Below are positions 1-9,511 of a stretch of 64,000 bases of DNA, piece by piece. Source of the DNA: an uncultured Gammaproteobacteria bacterium. GTDB taxonomy: Bacteria > Patescibacteriota > Microgenomatia > UBA8517. Location of the stretch: assembly GCA_965231135.1 (NCBI GenBank), contig OZ246419.1:449488-513487 (forward strand), given 5' to 3'. Every line of letters begins with the position of its first letter. Positions within the stretch are counted from its first letter, which is position 1. The notes beneath the pieces were generated by a model. That model was given only the letters and a program-made list of their open reading frames with translations, was not told the origin of the DNA and did no database searches. Position numbers and translations under genes: made by a program.

Positions 1-699
1 TTTAGTGGCATCGCATCAAGCACAGCAGTTTTGTCTGATACAGAAAAAGAATTAGGATGTGTTTTGATTGATATTGGAGCTGGAGCGACTTCTATTGCGG
101 CATTTGTTGATGGAGGATTGGTTTATTCAGGAGCTCTTCCAATTGGAGCGCGAAATGTAACAAATGACTTAGCGATTGGACTTCGTGTTTCGATTGAAAC
201 AGCTGAAAAAATAAAGCTTTCACTTTCTCAACCTAAAAAAGATAACACTGCAAAAAGCGATGTGATTGAAGTAGTTGATGATGACACAAAAGAAACCAAA
301 AAGATTTCAAGAAGAACTCTTACTGAAGGAATTATAAGGCCACGATTGAATGAAATATTTACAATGATAAGGCTTGATCTAGAGAAAAATGGAATAATTA
401 ATAAAATTCCATCAGGAGCTGTAATTACCGGAGGAGGAGCTTTGACTGTTGGTGTGATTGATAGTGCGAAGCGTATGCTTACACTTCCAGTTCGAATTGG
501 AGAACCAACTGGAGTGGAAGGATTGGTTGATGAAATTTTAAACCCTTCTTTTGCAAGCGCAATTGGTTTGCTTCAATATGGAGTGATGCAAGAACTTCCT
601 GCTGCTAATATAAAAGAAAAGACAAATATAAAAATGAAGTTGCCAAACGCAAATATGTTTGGTAAAGTGATTGATACGATCAAAGATCTTCTGCCCTAA
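1..699 (+). CDS. ftsA: Cell division protein FtsA (5' end outside window)
   Basis: LIDIGAGAT, GARNVTNDLAIGL, AEKIK and GAVITGGGA motifs; directly upstream of ftsZ. Confidence 0.95.
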   Translation, partial: FSGIASSTAVLSDTEKELGCVLIDIGAGATSIAAFVDGGLVYSGALPIGARNVTNDLAIGLRVSIETAEKIKLSLSQPKKDNTAKSDVIEVVDDDTKETKKISRRTLTEGIIRPRLNEIFTMIRLDLEKNGIINKIPSGAVITGGGALTVGVIDSAKRMLTLPVRIGEPTGVEGLVDEILNPSFASAIGLLQYGVMQELPAANIKEKTNIKMKLPNANMFGKVIDTIKDLLP

Positions 700-724
700 T
701 TTGATAAGTGTGATATATTAGGTG

Positions 725-757
725 GATTATAAGCAAATAGCTTGTAATTGATTACAA
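725..757 (+). repeat. Three-arm palindromic element in ftsZ leader
   Basis: GATTATAA-GC-AAATA-GC-TTGTAATT-GATTACAA; same core as copies at 17468, 22778 and 41581. Confidence 0.55.
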
Positions 758-759
758 TT

Positions 760-1935
760 ATGGCATTAGTAAAACCTGACGCGGCGCGTATCGCGAAAAT
801 AAAAGTTATTGGGGTTGGCGGCGGAGGCGGAAACGCCGTTTCTTCAATGGTGGATAGTGGAACAATAAATGGTGTTGAATTTATTGCTGCAAATACAGAT
901 GCACAGGTTCTTCTTTCAACAAGCATTCCTACAAAAATTCAAATTGGTGAGAAATTGACTAAAGGGCTTGGAGTCGGTGGGCATCCTGAAATTGGAGCGC
1001 AAGCTGCTGAAGAATCAATAGAAAAAATTAAAGAACTTTTGGTTGGAGCTGATATGGTATTTGTTACTGCGGGGATGGGCGGAGGAACTGGAACTGGAGC
1101 GGCGCCTGTTATTGCAAGAATTGCAAAAGAGTCGGGAGCTTTGACTGTTGGAGTCGTGACAAAGCCGTTTACTTTTGAAGGAACAAGAAGAATGATTCTT
1201 GCTGAAGAGGGAATTGAAAATCTTCGCAAAGAAGTCGATACATTAATCGTGATTCCAAATCAGAGAATTATGGATGTAGTTGACCGAAAAGTTACTCTTC
1301 TTGAAGCATTTCGAGTTGCAGATAGTGTTTTGGGACAGGCAGTCGGAGGAATTGCAGATATTATTACAACTCCTGGCTTAGTTAATGTGGACTTTGCTGA
1401 CGTTAAAACAATTATGTCTGATGCAGGAAGTGCGCTTCTTGGAGTGGGGACTGGAGTTGGGGAAAATCGTGCACAAATGGCAGCGCGCGCTGCAGTGTCA
1501 TCTCCTCTACTGGACCTTTCAATTGAAGGAGCAAAAGGAATTCTATTTAATATTGCTGGAGGACCTGACCTTACAATGTTTGAAGTTGATGAAGCTGCAA
1601 GAATTATTTCAGGGTCAGCAGATCCTGATGCAAATGTGATCTTTGGAGCTGTAGTTAAAGATGGAATTACAGACCAAGTAAGAATTACAGTTATTGCAAC
1701 CGGGTTTGATGAAAGCGTTTCGAGAGTTGCTCAAATGACACATTCAATGTCGCCAGCACCAACACTTTCTGGAATGAGCGGAATTATGGGTGAACAAAAG
1801 AAGGAAGAGGAAAATCAAATACCACAAAGTAGCATGGAAGAGACAGAGAAACGTGAAGGAATTGTTGAACCAATTAAAAAAGATCAGTTTGAAGATGATT
1901 TTGATATTCCTGCGTTTCTTCGTAAAATTCACTGA
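760..1935 (+). CDS. ftsZ: Cell division protein FtsZ
   Basis: [21 protein letters not shown] signature, C-terminal DIPAFLRK; ATG 760 preferred over TTG 748. Confidence 0.98.
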   Translation: MALVKPDAARIAKIKVIGVGGGGGNAVSSMVDSGTINGVEFIAANTDAQVLLSTSIPTKIQIGEKLTKGLGVGGHPEIGAQAAEESIEKIKELLVGADMVFVTAGMGGGTGTGAAPVIARIAKESGALTVGVVTKPFTFEGTRRMILAEEGIENLRKEVDTLIVIPNQRIMDVVDRKVTLLEAFRVADSVLGQAVGGIADIITTPGLVNVDFADVKTIMSDAGSALLGVGTGVGENRAQMAARAAVSSPLLDLSIEGAKGILFNIAGGPDLTMFEVDEAARIISGSADPDANVIFGAVVKDGITDQVRITVIATGFDESVSRVAQMTHSMSPAPTLSGMSGIMGEQKKEEENQIPQSSMEETEKREGIVEPIKKDQFEDDFDIPAFLRKIH

Positions 1936-2186
1936 TGCGTTGTGAAAATGATCCGTTTCGTGTAGAAGTTCATACTTCTAATGAAATTTTTGAATCTCAG
2001 ATTAGTGAGAAAGAGTTTTATTCATTGATTATTAAATTACGTGAGAGGCAGGATGATGCTAAACCTCTAAAGTTGAGAATAAGCTTTGTTGACTGCGATG
2101 CAGTTTTGTATGTTATGGATGTTTTTACAGAAGCTGAAGATTATTGTCGATGTGTGGAGAATTTTTTTGATTATAGCTATAATTAA
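1935..2186 (+). CDS. Hypothetical protein (orphan, 83 aa)
   Basis: ATG overlaps ftsZ stop (TGATG); ORF fills the intergenic space. Confidence 0.65.
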   Translation: MRCENDPFRVEVHTSNEIFESQISEKEFYSLIIKLRERQDDAKPLKLRISFVDCDAVLYVMDVFTEAEDYCRCVENFFDYSYN

Positions 2187-2188
2187 GT

Positions 2189-2278
2189 ATGACAATTGGT
2201 GGATTTGTACTTGTAATAATTGCAATGATTGCTGCGATTGTTGGACCGTTACTCTACTACTTCAAAAATAAAAAATAA
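2189..2278 (+). CDS. Small single-pass membrane protein, 29 aa (MTIGGFVLVIIAMIAAIVGPLLYYFKNKK)
   Basis: Hand-translated; TATAAT at 2178-2183 five nt upstream; hydrophobic helix with basic tail. Confidence 0.6.
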   Translation: MTIGGFVLVIIAMIAAIVGPLLYYFKNKK

Positions 2279-2296
2279 TAGCTTAAGATTAACTTA

Positions 2297-3247
2297 ATGA
2301 AAAAAGGTTTTATACCAATTGTTCTTTTGATTTTAGTTCCGTTTATTATCGCTTTAGTTTATATTGCTATAAAACGCGGTGAAATTAAAATTGGTATGCC
2401 AACTCCTGTACCGACAGTTTCTACAATTCCAACTGAAAGTTCAACACCAACACCATCTCCATCCCCAATTCCTACTCCAAAAATTACTCCGACGCCAGTT
2501 GTGACTGTAAAGCCGACGTTGCCTCCAGTTTCTGGGCCGCCTGGAACAGGAGTTTCTACAATAAATGTGCATACAGAAAAAGGAGATTTCACTGCAACAG
2601 TTATGTCTTTTGATTTAGGGAGCACAAGAGTAATAACTGACAGCGCAAACGACTCTGATTGCACAAGCGCTTGCCCAGTTGATAACTTAGCTGATTTTGT
2701 TAGTAAAAACGGTGGATTTGCAGGAGTTAATGGAACATATTTTTGTCCGGCGGAGCCGGCGTATGCGAGTTGCGGGCAAAACAATTCCTTTGATTTTAGT
2801 TTTTATAACACGAGACTTAATCATTGGATAAATCAAGGAAATTTGGGATATTCAGGACGCTCAATAGTTTATTTTGATGGAAGTGGGGCGCATTATATGC
2901 AAAACGCCAGCGGATTTGGAGGAGGGCTGACTGCTGGAATAGTTATGAGCCCAGGATTAGTTGATGGAGGGAATGTGCAAATTGATGATAATCAATCAGG
3001 ACTCTCCGATAAGCAAAAAGCTGTTGGGCTTAAAGAAGGGATTGGGATTATTGGGACAAATAAAGTGATGATAGTTGTTGCGCAAAGTGTAAATATGGAG
3101 CAGTTTGCTTATGTATTTAAAGCATTAAGCGCAACAGGAGCCATGAACCTTGATGAAGGAGGAAGCACAGCAATGTATTATCAAGGAAGATATGTTTTTG
3201 GACCAGGGAGAAATATTCCTAATGCTGTTGTTTTTGCAAATAAATGA
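2297..3247 (+). CDS. Membrane-anchored phosphodiester glycosidase (NAGPA-like) family protein
   Basis: N-terminal TM, Pro/Thr linker, AGVNGTYF and AMNLDEGGST motifs. Confidence 0.75.
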   Translation: MKKGFIPIVLLILVPFIIALVYIAIKRGEIKIGMPTPVPTVSTIPTESSTPTPSPSPIPTPKITPTPVVTVKPTLPPVSGPPGTGVSTINVHTEKGDFTATVMSFDLGSTRVITDSANDSDCTSACPVDNLADFVSKNGGFAGVNGTYFCPAEPAYASCGQNNSFDFSFYNTRLNHWINQGNLGYSGRSIVYFDGSGAHYMQNASGFGGGLTAGIVMSPGLVDGGNVQIDDNQSGLSDKQKAVGLKEGIGIIGTNKVMIVVAQSVNMEQFAYVFKALSATGAMNLDEGGSTAMYYQGRYVFGPGRNIPNAVVFANK

Positions 3248-3268
3248 TTTTGGCTGTAAAATAGCCAA

Positions 3269-3535
3269 ATGCGAAGAACTGAACAAGAAGAATCATTTTT
3301 CGTTTTATTTAGCAGGACATGTGATAGCCAAGCTGTTTCTGGAGAGGATGCACGAGCCTTTTTAAGGTTTGCTAAAGAAATGGAACAACGCGAAAAATTA
3401 TTGAAGATGATTTCTTCACGAACTATTTCTCAAGAATCGGTAAATGATTTAATAATCAATGTTGGTGATAACATTCCGAATCTTGATGATAGTATTCAAA
3501 GGTTGATTGATAGATATGAAAATGGTGTGTTATAA
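3269..3535 (+). CDS. Hypothetical protein (orphan, 88 aa)
   Basis: TAAAAT at 3257-3262, six nt before ATG. Confidence 0.65.
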   Translation: MRRTEQEESFFVLFSRTCDSQAVSGEDARAFLRFAKEMEQREKLLKMISSRTISQESVNDLIINVGDNIPNLDDSIQRLIDRYENGVL

Positions 3536-3540
3536 TGACT

Positions 3541-3682
3541 CAAAGCTTTGATGGATTATCAATCCGGAGCTTGGAGAAGAAACCCGCTCGGCAAAGCGAT
3601 CGGGGACTAGAACTCAAGGAATAAGATCAAATTAAGGTGGTACCGCGTTCCTTCAAGAATCGCCCTTAGACAAAGGAGCGAT
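3541..3682 (+). promoter_or_regulatory. Ile T-box riboswitch, translational type with ultra-short Stem I
   Basis: AAGG-TGGTACC-GCG (3634-3647) pairs with CGCCCTT (3661-3667); Stem I loop ATC (3558-3560); CGTTCCTT can sequester AAGGAGCG; extended -10 TGTTATAAT at 3528-3536. Confidence 0.9.
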
Positions 3683-6430
3683 ATGTCAAAAAAATATTTT
3701 AACGAAGTTGATCCAAGGGTAAATTTTCCAAAAATGGAAGAGAATGTTTTGTCTTTTTGGGAAAAAGAAAACATTTTTCAAAAATCTCTTGAAAAAAACA
3801 AAAATTCAAAAAAGACGTTTACTTTTTATGAAGGGCCGCCAACTGCAAACGGAAATCCTGGAATTCATCATGTCGAAGCACGTTCTTTTAAAGATATTGT
3901 TCCTCGATATAAAACCATGAGAGGATTTGATGTCCCAAGGCAAGCTGGCTGGGATTGTCATGGACTTCCCGTGGAGATTAAAGTTGAAAAAGAACTAGGA
4001 ATTTCTGGAAAACCTCAGATTGAAGAATACGGAATAAAAGAATTTAATGCACTTTGCCGAAAAAGTGTTTTGCAATATGTTGATGAATGGACAAAATTAA
4101 CAAAGCGCATGGCTTATTGGGTCGATACTGATAAACCATATTGGACAATGGATAATTCATATATTGAAAAAGAATGGAGGCTTCTTGCTGAAATGTGGGA
4201 GAAGGACTTTTTGTATGAAGATTATAAAGTTTTGCCGTATTGCCCAAGATGTGGAACTTCACTTTCTTCTCATGAACTAGCTCTTGGTTATAAAGAGATG
4301 ACCGAAGATCCATCTGTCTTTATAAAGTTTGAATTGAAAAAGGAAAAAGGAACTTATTTTCTTGCATGGACAACAACACCATGGACGCTTCCGGGAAATG
4401 TTGCCTTAGCAGTAGATGAAAAGCAAATTTATATAAAAGTTGAAACGGAAAAAGGTAAATTAATTTTAGCTGAGAAAAGATTTAAAGATTTAAAGATTGA
4501 AGGAAAAGTTTTAGAAAAATTTAAAGGAAAAGAATTACTAAATATTGAATATGAACCCTTGTTTAATTATATGTCTTATGACACAAGATCTCATTTTGTT
4601 GTAGCTGCTGACTTTGTTTCTATGGACGAAGGGACAGGAATTGTACATACCGCTGTGATGTACGGAGAAGATGATTTTAAACTTGGTAAAAAATATGATC
4701 TTCCTATGAAACATTCTGTGAATGAAAAAGGAGAATTTGTTGGAGATGTAACTGCCTGGGCTGGAAAATTTGTAAAAAATAAGACTCTTGAAAAAGAAAT
4801 TATTGAAACTTTAGATAAAAACGGGAATTTATTCAAGGCCGAAACTTTAAAACACACTTATCCATTTTGTTGGAGATGTGGGACGCCACTTCTTTATTAT
4901 GCAATGATTTCCTGGTATTTAAAAACTACTGCAGTTAAGGATAAATTAATTGAAAATAATAATAGTGTAAACTGGATTCCAGAACACATCAAAGAAGGCC
5001 GTATGGGGGACTGGCTTAATAATAACCATGATTGGGCATTATCGAGAAGCCGTTATTGGGGTACGCCTCTTCCAATTTGGAAATGTGATAATTGCGAGCA
5101 TACATTATTAGTTGGGAGTGTTAAAGAATTAGAAGAACTTTCTGGAAAAGATTTAAAGAATCTGGATCTTCATAGGCCATTTATTGACGAAATAAAGTTT
5201 AAATGCAGCAAGTGTGATAACGGCCATATGGTGCGAGTCAACTTTGTTTTGGATTGCTGGTTTGATAGCGGCGCAATGCCATATGCATCCGGAGCAACAC
5301 ATTTTCCAGCTGATTATATTAGCGAAGCAATCGATCAAACTCGAGGGTGGTTTTATACACTTCTTGCTGAAGCAACCCTTTTAGGACGCGAAAATGCATA
5401 TAAAAATGTGGTTTGTTTGGGGCATTTGCTTGATGAAAAAGGAAATAAAATGAGCAAATCGAAAGGAAATGTAATTGATCCCTTTGAAGTGATTAATAAT
5501 GTTGGAGCGGATGCGACAAGATGGTATATGTATTCGACAATTGCACCAGGGCCAAGCTTTAGATTTTCAGAAAATTTAGTGCGCGATGTCATAAAAAGAT
5601 TTATGTTGGTTTTTTGGAATAGTTATAATTATTTTGTAACTTACTCAAATTTGAATAATTGGGAACCAGGAAAAGAAAAAAAGAGCGAAAATATTTTAGA
5701 TAGATGGATGGAAGTAAGACTTCAAGAATTAGTTAATAAAATTACAAATAGTTTGGATAATTTTGATATGTTTACTGCTACACATGAGATTGAAGATTTT
5801 GTGGTTAAGGATTTTTCGCAGTGGTATATAAGACGAAGTAGAGGTAGAACCGATGATGGATTTTTTGCAACAAGCTATAAAGTATTAGTAACAGTTGCAA
5901 AATTGATGGCACCATTTGCGCCGTTTGTTAGCGACGAAATTTATAAAAATTTAACAAAAGAAATTTCAGTGCATTTGGCTGATTGGCCTGAAAGTAAAGA
6001 GTTGGACAAAAATAGTCAAAAACTTTTAAATGAAATGGATGAGGTGAGAAAAGCTTCTGAAAAAACTCATTCAATGAGAAAAGAGAGTTTAATATCATTG
6101 CGACAACCACTTAATTTGTTGACTGTAGATTATAAATTTAGTGATGAACTTAAAAATGTTTTGATGGATGAAGTTAATGTAAAAAATATTGTTTTTGGAA
6201 AAGAATTTAAACTTGATACAAACATAACTGCTGAACTTAAGGCTGAAGGGGAAATGAGAGATGTTGTTCGTAAAATTCAGGAAGAACGCAAGAACTTGAA
6301 AACTAATTTAGATGAATTTGTGGATGTTACACTTCCTGATTGGCCAAAGGAATTTGAAGAAGAAATTAAAAAGCGAGCGCTTGTAAAAAATATTTCTAAG
6401 GGTGAATTTAAAGTCGAGAGAATTAAGTAG
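3683..6430 (+). CDS. ileS: Isoleucine--tRNA ligase, type 2 (IleRS2)
   Basis: FYEGPPTANG, GWDCHGLPVE, AWTTTPWTLP, DQTRGWFY, KMSKS; Ile T-box upstream. Confidence 0.97.
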   Translation: MSKKYFNEVDPRVNFPKMEENVLSFWEKENIFQKSLEKNKNSKKTFTFYEGPPTANGNPGIHHVEARSFKDIVPRYKTMRGFDVPRQAGWDCHGLPVEIKVEKELGISGKPQIEEYGIKEFNALCRKSVLQYVDEWTKLTKRMAYWVDTDKPYWTMDNSYIEKEWRLLAEMWEKDFLYEDYKVLPYCPRCGTSLSSHELALGYKEMTEDPSVFIKFELKKEKGTYFLAWTTTPWTLPGNVALAVDEKQIYIKVETEKGKLILAEKRFKDLKIEGKVLEKFKGKELLNIEYEPLFNYMSYDTRSHFVVAADFVSMDEGTGIVHTAVMYGEDDFKLGKKYDLPMKHSVNEKGEFVGDVTAWAGKFVKNKTLEKEIIETLDKNGNLFKAETLKHTYPFCWRCGTPLLYYAMISWYLKTTAVKDKLIENNNSVNWIPEHIKEGRMGDWLNNNHDWALSRSRYWGTPLPIWKCDNCEHTLLVGSVKELEELSGKDLKNLDLHRPFIDEIKFKCSKCDNGHMVRVNFVLDCWFDSGAMPYASGATHFPADYISEAIDQTRGWFYTLLAEATLLGRENAYKNVVCLGHLLDEKGNKMSKSKGNVIDPFEVINNVGADATRWYMYSTIAPGPSFRFSENLVRDVIKRFMLVFWNSYNYFVTYSNLNNWEPGKEKKSENILDRWMEVRLQELVNKITNSLDNFDMFTATHEIEDFVVKDFSQWYIRRSRGRTDDGFFATSYKVLVTVAKLMAPFAPFVSDEIYKNLTKEISVHLADWPESKELDKNSQKLLNEMDEVRKASEKTHSMRKESLISLRQPLNLLTVDYKFSDELKNVLMDEVNVKNIVFGKEFKLDTNITAELKAEGEMRDVVRKIQEERKNLKTNLDEFVDVTLPDWPKEFEEEIKKRALVKNISKGEFKVERIK

Positions 6431-6455
6431 CTTCAAAGCGTGCTAAAATGATTGG

Positions 6456-7478
6456 ATGAATATCACCTCTTCAGGGCTTAAAAAAGATATTGGTTTAATC
6501 ATTTCTTTTTTTATTTTAATTATTTTTAGCATTGTCATACTTCGTGCAATTGCTCCACATGAGTTTCCAATATATTTTGTTTATATATTTAGCGCTATTG
6601 CCGCCTTTTTCATATTTTCTCAAATTGGTTTTGATGTACTGAGCGAATTTAGCAATCATTTTTACATTGGAGGTGTAATTTTATTATTACTTCCTCTTCT
6701 GATTGGGCAAGTGACTCGTGGAGTTGTAAGGTGGATTCCTTTGGGACCGATACAAGTACTCCCCTCAGAACTTGTGAGGCCTTTTTTGTTTGTTTTTTTT
6801 GCAAATAAACTGACTCAAGATGATTTGCAATTTAAAGAGTTTGCAAAAATTAGTTTTTTATTTTTAGTGATATTTTTATTAATAGTTGTCCAGCCATCGC
6901 TTGGAGTCGCAATGCTTACGGCATTTGGATATTTGGGAATAGTTTTAGCAACAACTTTTGATAAAAAGAAAATTATCGCAATTTTGATTGCTGTAATTAT
7001 TGGCTTGCCGATTTTTTGGCATTTTTTGAAACCCTATCAGCGAGAGCGTATTTTGTCATTTGATAATTATAATAGTGTGCAGGCAACTATTTCTGTTGGA
7101 AGCGGAAAAATTACAGGGGAGGGGCTTGGGCAGGGGACACAAACACAGCTTGCTTTTTTGCCTGAAAAACAAACTGACTTTGTTTTTGCAAGTATCGCCC
7201 AAGAAATGGGATTTGTGGGAGCCGGATTGGTTTTAATAGTAAGTTTTTTTATGCTTTATAGGATTGTTGCAAATGTAGCAAATGCTTATAATCCTGCGGC
7301 GCGCAGTTTTATTTCTGGAGTTTTTGTAGCATTACTTGTGCAAACTTTAGTTCATGTTGGAATGAACATGGGAATTTTGCCAATTACGGGAGTGACTTTG
7401 CCGCTTGTTTCTGCTGGAGGAAGCAGCTTGGTTGCAACGGCCATCATGCTTGGAATGGTAATTGGAGCGAAAAAATGA
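6456..7478 (+). CDS. rodA: SEDS family peptidoglycan glycosyltransferase (RodA/FtsW)
   Basis: Multi-TM; RWI, PSE, FLPEKQTDFVF and PITGVTLPLVSAGGSS motifs. Confidence 0.88.
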   Translation: MNITSSGLKKDIGLIISFFILIIFSIVILRAIAPHEFPIYFVYIFSAIAAFFIFSQIGFDVLSEFSNHFYIGGVILLLLPLLIGQVTRGVVRWIPLGPIQVLPSELVRPFLFVFFANKLTQDDLQFKEFAKISFLFLVIFLLIVVQPSLGVAMLTAFGYLGIVLATTFDKKKIIAILIAVIIGLPIFWHFLKPYQRERILSFDNYNSVQATISVGSGKITGEGLGQGTQTQLAFLPEKQTDFVFASIAQEMGFVGAGLVLIVSFFMLYRIVANVANAYNPAARSFISGVFVALLVQTLVHVGMNMGILPITGVTLPLVSAGGSSLVATAIMLGMVIGAKK

Positions 7479-7495
7479 TATCATACTTGAGATTT

Positions 7496-7801
7496 ATGAA
7501 ATACGCAGTTATTAAGATTCAAGGGCATCAATATAGAGTCTCTGAGGGAGACGAGATTTTGGTGGATAAACTCCCCGGAGATGTAGCTGAAGCACAAGTT
7601 CTCATGCTTTCTGATGAGGGAAAAGTGACTCTTGGAACTCCAATATTGGAAAAAGCAAAGGTTGCACTTAAAATGATTGAGCCTGTTGTTAAGGGTGAAA
7701 AGATTTATTCAGCTAAATATCATGCTAAAAGCCGATATCGAAGACGAATTGGATTTAGAGCTAAATACTCTAAACTTCTAGTACAAAGTATTAAAATCTG
7801 A
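7496..7801 (+). CDS. rplU: 50S ribosomal protein L21
   Basis: MKYAVIKIQGHQYRVSEGD; adjacent to rpmA. Confidence 0.95.
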   Translation: MKYAVIKIQGHQYRVSEGDEILVDKLPGDVAEAQVLMLSDEGKVTLGTPILEKAKVALKMIEPVVKGEKIYSAKYHAKSRYRRRIGFRAKYSKLLVQSIKI

Positions 7802-7805
7802 TCTA

Positions 7806-7834
7806 TTGACTTTCGTGAAAAAATTTCTTATAGT
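7806..7834 (+). promoter_or_regulatory. Sigma70-type promoter of rpmA-parB
   Basis: TTGACT-17 bp-TATAGT, 9 nt before ATG. Confidence 0.6.
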
Positions 7835-7843
7835 TAATTAAAT

Positions 7844-8092
7844 ATGTCACATCATAAAGCAGCAGGGAAAACAAGACAACATACATCGCCAGCAGGAAAA
7901 AGGCTTGGCGTCAAAGTTTCTCATGGACAAAAAGTAAAAGCTGGATCAGTTTTGGTACGCCAGCACGGAAGCAAAGTTCATGCAGGATCCGGCACCAAAT
8001 ACGGACGAGATTTCACTGTATTTTCTATTTTTGAAGGAACTGTGAATTTTGGGACAAAATTAGGTAAAAAATTCATTTCAATAAATGGCTGA
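7844..8092 (+). CDS. rpmA: 50S ribosomal protein L27
   Basis: KRLGVK, AGSVLVRQHG and GRDFTVF motifs. Confidence 0.96.
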   Translation: MSHHKAAGKTRQHTSPAGKRLGVKVSHGQKVKAGSVLVRQHGSKVHAGSGTKYGRDFTVFSIFEGTVNFGTKLGKKFISING

Positions 8093-8924
8093 TCAAATTG
8101 TACAAATTGCAGTAGAAGAGCTTCAAAGCAATCCTTTACAGCCTCGCGGAGTTATAACACCAGAATCTTTAGTTGATTTGGTTGATTCTATAAAAGAACA
8201 TGGAGTTCTTGAACCTTTGGTTGTTGCTAAAACCCCAGCAGGATTTCAAATAATTGCAGGTGAGAGGCGATGGAGAGCAAGCAAACTTGCCGGGCTTACA
8301 CATGTTCCAGCGATTATTCGTGAAACTTCGCCAAAGGGAATGCTTGAAATGGCAATTGTGGAAAATGTGCAAAGAGTTGATCTTAATGCGCTGGACCGCG
8401 CTAAAGGATTTGAAAGATTAATGAATGAATTTGCGCTTACAACTAGCGAAGTTGCAGTCCGAATTGGAAAATCTGTTGCTTATGTAAGTAATTCAATGAG
8501 ACTTTTACAACTTCCTGATGCACTTAAAGACGGGCTTCTTTCAGGACTTATTTCTGAAGGACATGCAAGAGCATTAAGCGCAATTGATGATTCTGGATTA
8601 ATGATTGAAGCTTATAAAATAATTTTACGCGAAAGCGGATCTGTGCGAAGAGCAGAAGAGCTTGCGAGACGTATGAAAGCAAAAACAGGACAGGCTCCAA
8701 AACCAAAGTCTAGAATTGCAGATATGAGAATTATTAGTGAAGATATTGATCGAATGCAGGATGAAATGCAAAAGGGGCTCACAAACGGCGATGATCCAAA
8801 ATCAACTTCTGTAAAACTTGTTCGCTCAAGAAGCCAGACTAAAGTTACATTTTTACTTAAGGGAAGTTTGGAAGAAACCGAAAATAGACTCCAAAAGATT
8901 TATAATTCTTTGAAAGCTGCTTAA
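8085..8924 (+). CDS. parB: ParB/Spo0J partition protein
   Basis: NPLQPR, IIAGERRWRAS, ENVQRVDLN, HTH, ISEGHARAL. Confidence 0.93.
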   Translation: MADQIVQIAVEELQSNPLQPRGVITPESLVDLVDSIKEHGVLEPLVVAKTPAGFQIIAGERRWRASKLAGLTHVPAIIRETSPKGMLEMAIVENVQRVDLNALDRAKGFERLMNEFALTTSEVAVRIGKSVAYVSNSMRLLQLPDALKDGLLSGLISEGHARALSAIDDSGLMIEAYKIILRESGSVRRAEELARRMKAKTGQAPKPKSRIADMRIISEDIDRMQDEMQKGLTNGDDPKSTSVKLVRSRSQTKVTFLLKGSLEETENRLQKIYNSLKAA

Positions 8925-8925
8925 T

Positions 8926-9489
8926 TTATAATGAGTAAGTCTGCCTTTTTACGACCTCTGCGTTTTTAATTGGCCAATAAACAATCCATGCACGTCCTGT
9001 AAATTTATCCTGGCTTATTAAACCAAAATATCTTCCATCGAGAGAATGCTGGCGATTGTCTCCTAGTACAAAATAATTATTTGCAGGAATTTGGATTTCA
9101 AGACCTTCAGTTGCAAAAGTTCCCGGATTTGTACAGACATCGCTTGATAAATAAGCTCCCTCATCCAATAACTTATCGTTTACATAAACATGGCAACCTT
9201 GAACTTTTACAGTCTCGCCAGGAAGACCAATGATTCTTTTTATATATTCATCATGGCCATCTGGCGGAGCTTTGAAAACAATTACGTCTCCTCGTTGCGG
9301 TTTGTTGAAATCATAAGTTACTTTTTCTGTTAAGATATATTCTCCGTCGTGGAAATTAGTTTCCATGGATTCTCCATTTATTTTATGAGGCTGCAAAATT
9401 AAAAGATATACAAAAAGGAAAATGGAAACGGCAAAAATTACCACTTGGATAATATCTAAAAAGAAGGATTTGAGTCGTGATAAAAGCAT
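8926..9489 (-). CDS. lepB: Signal peptidase I
   Basis: GESM (catalytic Ser), YIKRIIGLPG (catalytic Lys), GDNR..SLDGRYFG. Confidence 0.95.
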   Translation of the reverse strand: MLLSRLKSFFLDIIQVVIFAVSIFLFVYLLILQPHKINGESMETNFHDGEYILTEKVTYDFNKPQRGDVIVFKAPPDGHDEYIKRIIGLPGETVKVQGCHVYVNDKLLDEGAYLSSDVCTNPGTFATEGLEIQIPANNYFVLGDNRQHSLDGRYFGLISQDKFTGRAWIVYWPIKNAEVVKRQTYSL

Positions 9490-9511
9490 ATAGCTTATTA
9501 TGCAGGAAAAA

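Noticed and set aside
3249-3269. Inverted repeat TTTGGCTG-TAAAA-TAGCCAAA around a -10 box
   Set aside because: Single short instance; cannot distinguish terminator, operator or chance.
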